Source: Thermoplasmata archaeon (GTDB lineage: Archaea > Thermoplasmatota > E2 > JACPAO01 > JAHFTW01). Taken from it: DNA of 64,000 nucleotides. Shown here piece after piece: positions 56,569 to 64,000 of this stretch. The position numbers were made by a program, and so were the translations under genes. Each line of letters opens with the position of its first letter. The stretch's first letter is position 1. The stretch lies in the NCBI GenBank assembly GCA_034667725.1, contig JAXDQS010000001.1:1-64000 (forward strand). Direction: 5' to 3'. The notes beneath the pieces are model-generated. The model saw only the letters and a program-made list of their open reading frames with translations. It searched no databases and was not told the DNA's origin.

Positions 56569-57690
56569 ATGCGCGCCGTCCGCCTCTTCCACACCAGCGA
56601 CACCCACCTCGGGCACTCGCAGTACGCGCGCACCGACGCCCACGGCCTCAACCAGCGCGCCCAGGACATCGCCACCGCGTTCCTCGCTGTCATCGACCAC
56701 GCCGTTGCCGAGAAGCCGGACCTGTTCGTCCATGCGGGCGACCTGTTCGATGGTGTTCGCCCCGGCAACCGCGCCCTCGCCACCGCCATGGATGGCTTCG
56801 CCCGCCTCGCGCGCGCCGGCGTCCCCACCGTCGTCATCGCGGGCAACCACGAGCACCCGAAGCTCCGGGAGACCGGCTCGCCGTTCCGCATCTTCGACGG
56901 CCACCTGCCCGGCGTCCGGTTCGTCTACAAGGGCGCCCGCGAGACCCTGGAGCTTCCCGGCGGCGTCCGGGTCCACGCCGTCCCGCAATGCCAGGACAAC
57001 GACACCCTTGGCCGCGAGATTCGCGAGGCCCCCGTCGCCGCGGACGGCATCGACATCCTGGTCGCGCACGGCGGTGTCGCCAGCCTGCCCGCGTTCTCGC
57101 ACGCCGAGGCCAACGAACTGACCCTGGAGCCCGCCTGGTTCCGGCCGTTCCACTACGTCGCCCTCGGCCACTACCACGGCGCCCAGGAGGTCGCGCCCAA
57201 CGCCTGGTACTGCGGCGCCCTCGAGCGCGTCAGCATCGCCGAGGCCGGCCAGGAGAAGGGCTTCCTCGACGTGCTGGTCACGCGCGCGTCGGCCAAGCCC
57301 GCGTTCCGTCCGCTGCGCACCCGCCCGTACGTCGACCTGCCCGGCCTCGACTGCAAGGGCCAGCCCGCCGACGCCATCCAGCACCAAGCGCTCGGCGCCA
57401 TCGCGCGCGTCCCCGACGGCGCCGTCGCCCGCCTCCGCCTCAAGGAGCTGGACCCGTCGCTCCGCGGCGGCCTCGACCTGCGCGCCCTCCGGCAAGCCGG
57501 CGACCGTCTCGTCCACCTGGAGGTCCGCCCCGAGTGGGCCGACGGCGGCCTCGACGTGCGCGGCGGCACCGAACTGGGTGGCTTGGCGGCCGAGTTCGAC
57601 GCCTTCGCCGCCCACCAGCCGGTCGAAGGCGTGGACCGCGCCCGCCTGCTGGAGCTGGCCCACGCCGCACTCCGGGGGGACCCGCTGTGA
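56569..57690 (+). CDS. mre11: Mre11 nuclease
   Basis: SDTHLG, AGDLFD, AGNHE, AHG, YVALGHYH. Confidence 0.92.
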   Translation: MRAVRLFHTSDTHLGHSQYARTDAHGLNQRAQDIATAFLAVIDHAVAEKPDLFVHAGDLFDGVRPGNRALATAMDGFARLARAGVPTVVIAGNHEHPKLRETGSPFRIFDGHLPGVRFVYKGARETLELPGGVRVHAVPQCQDNDTLGREIREAPVAADGIDILVAHGGVASLPAFSHAEANELTLEPAWFRPFHYVALGHYHGAQEVAPNAWYCGALERVSIAEAGQEKGFLDVLVTRASAKPAFRPLRTRPYVDLPGLDCKGQPADAIQHQALGAIARVPDGAVARLRLKELDPSLRGGLDLRALRQAGDRLVHLEVRPEWADGGLDVRGGTELGGLAAEFDAFAAHQPVEGVDRARLLELAHAALRGDPL

Positions 57691-59741
57691 GGCTGCGCCG
57701 CCTTGTCCTCCAGAACTACCGCCGCTACCGCGACGCCGACCTGGCGTTCCCCGACGGCGTCCTCGCCATCGTCGGCCGCAACGGCAGCGGCAAGTCCACC
57801 CTGCTGGAGGCCATCGGCTTCGCGCTGTTCGGCGCCGACGCGATGCGCACCGCCAAGGAGCACCTGCGCAGCGACCAGGCCGGCCCCGGCGACGCCGTGC
57901 GCGTCGAGCTGGAGGCCGAGGTCGGCGGCCAACGGCTGCGCGTCGTGCGCGAGCTGCGCGGCAAGGGCCTGACCCCGACCTGCACCCTCGAGGTCGACGG
58001 CCAGGTCCTCGTGCCGGGCGGCGGCGGCTCGAACGCGGCCGCCACCCAGGAGGTCGAGCGCCGCCTCGGCGTCGACTGGGAAGGCTTCTGCAGCACCGTC
58101 GTTGCCCGCCAAGGCGAGCTTGCCCGGCTTGCCGCCAAGAAGCCCGCCGAGCGCAAGCAGCTCCTGCTGCGGATGCTCGGCGTCGACCAGGTCCAAGACG
58201 CCATCGCGCGCGCCCGCGAGGCCCGCGGCAAGGCCGAGGCGGCGCTCCTGGCCCTGCGCGCCACCGCCCTCGACCCGCATCACCTCGCCGCCGAGCTCGC
58301 CGCTGCGCGCGGCGAGGCCCAGGCGGCGGCGCTGGCAAGCGACACGGCCGCGCAGCGCGCCGTCGCGGCGCACGCCGCGCGCGAGGCTGCCGAGGCGGCG
58401 CGGCGGGCCGCCGACCAGCTGGCGCAGGCCCGCAAGCAGCGCGACGACCTCGCCGCCTGGGTCGCGGAGGCCACCACGGCGGCCGCCGAGCTCGGCCGGC
58501 TCGCTCCGCTCGCCGAGGCGTTGCCGGCGGCCGAGGCGGCGCTGCAAGCCGCGGTGGCGCAGGATGCGGCGCACAAGGCATGGGCGCAGCAGGCGCGGTT
58601 GGTGGAGCGCCAGCGGCGCATCGTGGCGCAGGCCCAGCCCGCCACCGCGTCGGGCGAGGATCCGGCGCTGCTGCGGCACCGCATCGCGGAGGCGCAGGAG
58701 CGACTCACGCACTTGGCGCACTTGGGCGGCGACGCGCCCTGCCCAACCTGCGACCGGCCGCTTGCGGGCACGGTCGAGGCGCTGCGGGCGCGGCTGGAGG
58801 CCAGCGTGGCCCAGTGGACGGCGGGCTTGCAGGCGGCCGAGGCGCGCCAGCGGCACGAGCGCGAGGCGCGCAAGCTCGCCGACCTGGAGGAGCACCTTGG
58901 ATCCGCGGTCCCGGCGGTGGACCTTGCGCCGCTCCAGTCCGCGGTGCAGCAGGCCCGCGCCGCCCGCGAGGCGCTGGCGCACGCGCAGGCCGGCGCTGCG
59001 CGCGCGGCCCCGCTTGCGGCGCAGCTGCGCGAGGCGGACGAACGCCTCGCCCTTCTGCAGGCGCCGGCCGTGGTGCCGGACCTGGCCGCCGCCCGCGCCG
59101 AGGAGGAGGCGGCGCGCCGGGCCGCCGCGCAGGCGACCGCCCGCGCCCACGCGGCCGGCCTTGCGGTCGCGCGGCTGGAGGAGCGGGTCGCGGTCGCGCA
59201 CCAGCAGCAGGCGCAGGCGCGGGAGGCGGAGGCGGCGCTGCGGCTGTGGACGGCGCTCGCGGACGGGAGGCAAGGCGGGCTGCTGGAGCGGTTCCGCGAC
59301 CATCTGGTGTCCCGGGTCGGGCCGGCGGTCAGCCACGAGGCCAGCCGCCTGATGGGGACGTTCACGGGCGGCCGCTACTCCGAGGTGCTGCTGGACGAAT
59401 CGTTCGAGGTTTACTTGGCGGACGGCGGCACGCACTACACGCTCGACCGGTTCAGCGGCGGCGAGGCAGACCTGGTGCACCTTGCCTTGCGGCTTGCGGT
59501 GAGCCGGCTGCTGGCGGAGCGCTCGGGTGGCGCGGAGCTGCGGATGCTGGCGCTGGACGAGGTGTTCGGCAGCCTGGACCGCGAGCGGCGCGACCTCGTC
59601 GTGCAGGCGCTGCACCAGTTGGGCGGCTTGTATGCCCAAGTGCTCGTCATCTCCCACCTGGAAGGGCTGGAGGAGATGCTGGACGACGCCATCCTCGTGG
59701 AGGAGGCCGCCGGCGCGGCCCGCCTCATGCACAACGCCTAA
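57687..59741 (+). CDS. rad50: Rad50 ATPase
   Basis: GRNGSGKST, RQGE, zinc hook CPTC, FSGGE, LDEVFGSLD, ISH; GTGA overlap. Confidence 0.92.
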   Translation: MRLRRLVLQNYRRYRDADLAFPDGVLAIVGRNGSGKSTLLEAIGFALFGADAMRTAKEHLRSDQAGPGDAVRVELEAEVGGQRLRVVRELRGKGLTPTCTLEVDGQVLVPGGGGSNAAATQEVERRLGVDWEGFCSTVVARQGELARLAAKKPAERKQLLLRMLGVDQVQDAIARAREARGKAEAALLALRATALDPHHLAAELAAARGEAQAAALASDTAAQRAVAAHAAREAAEAARRAADQLAQARKQRDDLAAWVAEATTAAAELGRLAPLAEALPAAEAALQAAVAQDAAHKAWAQQARLVERQRRIVAQAQPATASGEDPALLRHRIAEAQERLTHLAHLGGDAPCPTCDRPLAGTVEALRARLEASVAQWTAGLQAAEARQRHEREARKLADLEEHLGSAVPAVDLAPLQSAVQQARAAREALAHAQAGAARAAPLAAQLREADERLALLQAPAVVPDLAAARAEEEAARRAAAQATARAHAAGLAVARLEERVAVAHQQQAQAREAEAALRLWTALADGRQGGLLERFRDHLVSRVGPAVSHEASRLMGTFTGGRYSEVLLDESFEVYLADGGTHYTLDRFSGGEADLVHLALRLAVSRLLAERSGGAELRMLALDEVFGSLDRERRDLVVQALHQLGGLYAQVLVISHLEGLEEMLDDAILVEEAAGAARLMHNA

Positions 59742-59764
59742 CCTCAAGGCATGGTTGCGCGCGC

Positions 59765-61141
59765 GTGGACGAAGGGGACGCGGTCCAGTTGGCCCGCCGG
59801 ATGGGGGCAAGCCACGCCGAGGTGCGCGTCGAGTCGGTGCGCGAGCAACGGATGCAGTTGCAGGACGGCGACCTCAACGGGCTCACCGCCGGCACCGAGA
59901 CCGGCTTCGCGGTCCGCGTCCTCGTGCATGGCGCCTGGGGCTTCGCGTCGTCCAACGACCTGTCGCGCGAGTCCTGGAAGGCCACCGTCGAGCAGGCCGT
60001 CGCGCTTGCCAAGGCCACGCCGAAGGAGCAGCCGGTCGTCCTGGCCGACGCGCCGTCGCTGCGCGGCTCGGTCCATTGGAAGCCCAAGAAGGACCCGGCC
60101 AGCGTCCCGGTCGAGGAGAAGCTCGCGCTGCTGCGCGACATGGAGCGCCAGGTGCGGGGGTTGCCGGAAATCCGCAACGTCACCACCGCCTACTCCGACG
60201 CCACCATCGAGAAGCGCTTCGTCGACTCCGGCGGCGCCGACCTGCGCTGGAGCCTGGTGCGCAGCGTCGCGCAAGCGCACTTCACCGCCAAGCGCGACGG
60301 CGTCCTGGCAGGCCGCAGCAGCCGGGTGGGCGGCACCAAGGGCTGGGAGCTGTTCGCCGACGAGGACCCGGTGTCGAAGGCCGTGGCCGCCGCTGCCAGC
60401 ACGGTCGCGGCGCTCGGGGCCCCCGCCGCCAAGGGCGGCCGCCGCACCGTCGTCATCGACCCCGAGCTGGCCGGCGTGTTCGCGCACGAGGCCGTCGGGC
60501 ACGCCAGCGAAGCCGACCTCGTGACCGCCGGCGAATCGTGCTTCAAGGGCCGCATCGGCGCCAAGCTCGGCATCGACGGCCTCTCGATCCGCGACGACTC
60601 CACCGTCCCCGGCGCCTTCGGGTCGTTCCCCTACGACGACAACGGGGTCGCGGGCAGCCGCAAGACCATCCTGGAGGACGGCGTCCTGGTCGGCTACCTG
60701 TGCGACCGCGAGCACGCCGCCGCCTTGGGGATCGCGCCCAACGGGGCCGCCCGCGCCCAGGACTTCCACAGCCGCCCCCTCGTCCGCATGAGCAACACGC
60801 TGATCGACGCCGGCGACATGCCCGAGGACGAAGTCTTCGCGGGCATCAAGGACGGCGTCTTCTGCAAGGGCTCGCGCGGCGGCCAGGTGGACTGCGCCCG
60901 CGGCACCTTCCTGTTCAACGCCCAGGAGGCCTACCGCATCGAGGACGGCGCCGTCACGACCCCGCTGCGGGACGTCAGCCTCACCGGCGACATCCTGAGC
61001 ACGTTGCTGAACATCGACGGCCTCGGCGATACCGCCCGGATGGGGGACCCCGGCTACTGCGGCAAGGGCCAGTGGGTCCCCGTGTGCGACGGCGGCCCCT
61101 TGGTGCGCATCCAGAAGTGCCTCCTTGGCGGTGCCGCATGA
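59765..61141 (+). CDS. tldD: TldD metalloprotease
   Basis: GAWGFAS, HEAVGHASEAD, YDDNG, GAARAQ..PLVRMSNT, CGKGQWVPV. Confidence 0.93.
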   Translation: MDEGDAVQLARRMGASHAEVRVESVREQRMQLQDGDLNGLTAGTETGFAVRVLVHGAWGFASSNDLSRESWKATVEQAVALAKATPKEQPVVLADAPSLRGSVHWKPKKDPASVPVEEKLALLRDMERQVRGLPEIRNVTTAYSDATIEKRFVDSGGADLRWSLVRSVAQAHFTAKRDGVLAGRSSRVGGTKGWELFADEDPVSKAVAAAASTVAALGAPAAKGGRRTVVIDPELAGVFAHEAVGHASEADLVTAGESCFKGRIGAKLGIDGLSIRDDSTVPGAFGSFPYDDNGVAGSRKTILEDGVLVGYLCDREHAAALGIAPNGAARAQDFHSRPLVRMSNTLIDAGDMPEDEVFAGIKDGVFCKGSRGGQVDCARGTFLFNAQEAYRIEDGAVTTPLRDVSLTGDILSTLLNIDGLGDTARMGDPGYCGKGQWVPVCDGGPLVRIQKCLLGGAA

Positions 61142-62481
61142 GCGAGGACGCCAGCCTGCTCTTGAGCCGCGCCGAGCGCCTGGTCGAGCGCCTCCGCCGC
61201 CACGCCGACCAGGTCGAGGTCTACCTGGAGTCCGGCGCCAGCCTCGACGTCGAGCTGGAGAAGGGCGCCATCGCCAGCACTGGCTTCAGCCGCAGCGCCG
61301 GCGGCGCTGTCCGCGTCGTGCAAGGCGGCCGTCTCGGCTTCGCCTACTTCACCCAGGACACGCAGGCCCCCGCCGCGCTGGAGCAGGCGCTGCGCCAGTC
61401 GCGCCACGCCACCGTGCTCGGCTACAGCCTCCCGTCCCCGGGCAAGGCGCCTGCCCTCGTCGGCCGCTGGGACCCCGCCGTCGCGGCGCTCCAGGTGCCC
61501 GACGTGCTGGGGCTCGCGCGCGACCTGCTGCAAGGCGCCGCCGAGGCCGCGCCGCAGGCGACGGTCAGCGGCGGTGGCGCCAGCCTGTCGGCGGCCGCCT
61601 GCGCCATCGTCAGCTCGCTCGGCGTCGCGGTCGCGGACCAGGCGACGTCCGCCTCCGGCGGCGCGTCGCTGGTGCTGGAGGAGGGCGAGCGCAGCCTGTC
61701 CGCCAGCGAGTCGCTGGGCTCGCACCGCCTCGACCTCGACGGCCGCGCCATCGCCGCCAAGGCGGCCGAGACCGTGCTGTCGCTCCGCAAGCCCAAAGCC
61801 GTTGACGCCGGCGGGCGCTTCGGGTTGCTGCTGCACCCGGAGGCCGCCAGCGAGCTGGTGGCCGGCCTGGTGGTGTCCGCGGCCGGCGGCGACGACGCGA
61901 TGCGCGGCAAGACCGTCTGGAGCGGCAAGCTCGGCACGGAGGTCGCGCACCCGTCGCTTTCGGTCCGCGACGATCCGCACGCGCCCGGCGCCATCGGCGC
62001 GGTGCCGTTCGATGACGAGGGTGTCCCGTGCGCGCCGCTTGCGATCCTGGACGGCGGCGTGCTGCGGCACTACCTGTTCGACTCGTGGGACGGCCACCGC
62101 CACAAGCAGCCGACGACGGCGAGCGCGGTGCGCGACGACTTCAAGGTCCGCCCCGGCACCGACACGCACCACCTCGTGGTCAGCGCCGCCGGCGCCCGCC
62201 CGTGGGACGCCTTGGTGGCCGGCATGGACGACGGCTTCGTGGTCGAGTCGGTGCTGGGCGCCCACACCGCCAACGTCACCACCGGCGACTTCTCGGTCAC
62301 GGCCCCGAACGTATGGCGGGTCCGCAAGGGCGCCATTGAGGGCCCCGTCTCGGAGATCGCGTTCGCCGGCAACCTGCCCAAGCTGCTGCAGCAACTGGCG
62401 GGCTGCGGCTCGGAGCCCAAGCGGATGTCCGGGATGCAGATGCCGCCGCTGCTGTTCGCGGACGTCGACGTTTCGGTCTGA
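61138..62481 (+). CDS. pmbA: PmbA/TldE, non-catalytic partner of TldD
   Basis: PFDDEGVP, GAHTANVTTGDFS; no HExxxH; ATGA overlap with tldD. Confidence 0.9.
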   Translation: MSEDASLLLSRAERLVERLRRHADQVEVYLESGASLDVELEKGAIASTGFSRSAGGAVRVVQGGRLGFAYFTQDTQAPAALEQALRQSRHATVLGYSLPSPGKAPALVGRWDPAVAALQVPDVLGLARDLLQGAAEAAPQATVSGGGASLSAAACAIVSSLGVAVADQATSASGGASLVLEEGERSLSASESLGSHRLDLDGRAIAAKAAETVLSLRKPKAVDAGGRFGLLLHPEAASELVAGLVVSAAGGDDAMRGKTVWSGKLGTEVAHPSLSVRDDPHAPGAIGAVPFDDEGVPCAPLAILDGGVLRHYLFDSWDGHRHKQPTTASAVRDDFKVRPGTDTHHLVVSAAGARPWDALVAGMDDGFVVESVLGAHTANVTTGDFSVTAPNVWRVRKGAIEGPVSEIAFAGNLPKLLQQLAGCGSEPKRMSGMQMPPLLFADVDVSV

Positions 62482-62538
62482 GCCCACGTTCGATTTCCCC
62501 CTAACAAAACGCAAACCGTTATCTCCGCCCAGGAAGGC

Positions 62539-63330
62539 ATGGGGTCCGTGGCCAAGATCACGCTGGACGCCGAGACCTTCCGGGCCCTGGCGAGCAGCAC
62601 CCGCCTCACCGTCCTGCGCGCGCTCGACGTCCGCCGCAAGACCCTGACCGAGCTGGCCAAGGACTTGGCGCTCAACAAGGCCACCGTCCACGAGCACCTG
62701 CAGATCCTCACGCAGAGCGGGCTCGTGGCCAAGAAAGACGAAGGCCGCAAGTGGATTTACTACGAACTCACCTGGCGCGGCCAGAAAATCCTGCACCCGC
62801 AGGAGACCACCACCTTCAGCGTCCTCCTGGGCCTCGGCGTCATCGCGGCCGGCGGCGGCGTCGCCATGCTGGGCCGCGCCCTCGACTTCTGGCTCCAGGA
62901 GCACCCGTTGCTGGACCCCACCACAGACCCGGCCTCCGACCCCACCCAAGACGGGAACGAGCGCGTCGGGCTCGCGATGGACCAGTCGACCAGCGGCACC
63001 TCCACGGCGGCAGCCCCCGCCGCCGGCAGCGGCACCGCCAGCAGCAGCGCGCCCCCGCAGACCTCGACGGGCGCCCAATCGGCCACCGGCACGTACTCCG
63101 ACCACGACGCGAGCTCGAGCGCGGCGCAAGGGTTCGCCGCCGAGACCACGACCTCGCCTCCGGAAAGCCCGCCCGACACGGACGCAGGCTTCTTCGATGA
63201 AGGCGGCTGGCTGGCCATCGCCCTGCTGGCGTTCTCCGCCTTGGCCGTGACCCTGGCGGCCCTGCTGCGCCGCCGCCTGCGGCCGGCGCCGTTCGTGCCC
63301 CCGGCCGGACCGGAAACGGAAACGCCATGA
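62539..63330 (+). CDS. Membrane-anchored ArsR-like wHTH regulator
   Basis: FRALASSTRLTVL..TLTELA..KATVHEHL..GRKWIYYELT; TM, Ser/Thr/Asp-rich linker, TM, RRR. Confidence 0.85.
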   Translation: MGSVAKITLDAETFRALASSTRLTVLRALDVRRKTLTELAKDLALNKATVHEHLQILTQSGLVAKKDEGRKWIYYELTWRGQKILHPQETTTFSVLLGLGVIAAGGGVAMLGRALDFWLQEHPLLDPTTDPASDPTQDGNERVGLAMDQSTSGTSTAAAPAAGSGTASSSAPPQTSTGAQSATGTYSDHDASSSAAQGFAAETTTSPPESPPDTDAGFFDEGGWLAIALLAFSALAVTLAALLRRRLRPAPFVPPAGPETETP

Positions 63331-63352
63331 ACGGCCCCGGGCTGGGTCGCGC

Positions 63353-63823
63353 ATGGCCTTCGAGATGCAGGTCGTGAGCCACGCCCCGCTCACCGGCGAG
63401 ACCGACCCGCAGCGCCTCGCCAAGGTGCTGTTCTCGATGATCGGCTACACGGCCCGCAAGGGCCCCGACCACGGCATCTCGTTCAAGCTGTTCTACGACT
63501 GCTTCCTGCTGCACCCCACGAAGGAATGGACCGTCGAGGAGCTGGCGGCGGCGTGCGGCACCACGATGCCGAGCATCTACCGCCACCTGAACAAACTGAA
63601 GGACTACGACTTGGTCGAGGACCTGATGGTCGGCGGCGACGAGGAGGAGGGCGGCGGCGACCGCAAGCGCGCCTTCCGGCTGCGCTACGGCGACCTGGGC
63701 AAGGCGTGGAACTTCGCCGAGGCGCACTTCCAGCTCGCGATCGAGAACTACCGCAAGTCGGTGGACCACCTGGAGGCGCTGCTGCGGGACGCGCGCAACC
63801 GGGTGAGCGTGCCGGCGCAGTAG
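63353..63823 (+). CDS. Winged-helix DNA-binding protein
   Basis: WTVEELAAACGTTMPSIYRHLNKLKDYDLVE. Confidence 0.8.
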   Translation: MAFEMQVVSHAPLTGETDPQRLAKVLFSMIGYTARKGPDHGISFKLFYDCFLLHPTKEWTVEELAAACGTTMPSIYRHLNKLKDYDLVEDLMVGGDEEEGGGDRKRAFRLRYGDLGKAWNFAEAHFQLAIENYRKSVDHLEALLRDARNRVSVPAQ

Positions 63824-63825
63824 CC

Positions 63826-63850
63826 AAAAAAAGGAAAGAGGGAAGGAGGA
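63826..63850 (-). terminator. T-rich terminator for the minus-strand gene
   Basis: Minus strand reads TCCTCCTTCCCTCTTTCCTTTTTTT. Confidence 0.5.
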
Positions 63851-63864
63851 CCGGGGTCGCCTGC

Positions 63865-64000
63865 CTAGCAGGTCGGGGCCTGGGCGTAGGCCGAGGGCGC
63901 GATCGAGACCGTGCCGCCGAGGCCGCTGAAGGCGCGGGTGATGACCTGGACGTTCAGGTTGCTCGGGCACTTCGGGCCGTCGCCGTCGCCCATGATGTCG
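63865..64000 (-). CDS. C-terminal end of an unknown protein (truncated by window edge)
   Basis: ...DIMGDGDGPKCPSNLNVQVITRAFSGLGGTVSIAPSAYAQAPTC*; GC3-rich codons. Confidence 0.6.
   Translation of the reverse strand, partial: DIMGDGDGPKCPSNLNVQVITRAFSGLGGTVSIAPSAYAQAPTC

Overview
High-GC archaeal chromosomal segment. Archaeal markers: archaeal-type sarcin-ricin loop in the 23S rRNA, CDP-archaeol synthase, UPF0058, PINA, HerA-Mre11-Rad50, class III pilins, TATA-box promoters and tRNAs without encoded CCA. The proteome is not acidic, so a high-GC Thermoplasmatota-like lineage is more likely than a haloarchaeon (inference). In order, the window holds: the 3' end of 23S plus 5S rRNA; a large multidomain UPF1-like helicase; carS; a signalling cluster with no histidine kinase (one intact and three degenerate KaiC/RAD55-fold proteins, a tandem Cys-rich V4R-like protein, a PAS-GAF-PAS protein and a membrane protein) abutting a type IV pilus locus; tRNA-Leu(GAG) and tRNA-Ser(GCT); housekeeping and regulatory genes; a ~15 kb surface-glycan cluster (rmlA/C/D, wzm/wzt, acyl-, methyl- and glycosyltransferases) bracketed by pilin genes; a solo Cas4-like nuclease carrying an inserted transmembrane hairpin, divergent from the pilins and followed by a Doc toxin plus a 44-aa antitoxin missing from the ORF track; an SPL-type radical SAM gene; PINA; three surface proteins; malic enzyme; herA-mre11-rad50 without nurA, followed by tldD-pmbA; and two wHTH regulators. 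The best candidates for undescribed systems are the KaiC/V4R/PAS pilus-linked signalling module and the pilin / membrane-anchored Cas4 / Doc module. No CRISPR array, transposase or integrase was seen. Family calls come from motif recognition by eye, not database searches, and many start codons were re-chosen by hand.
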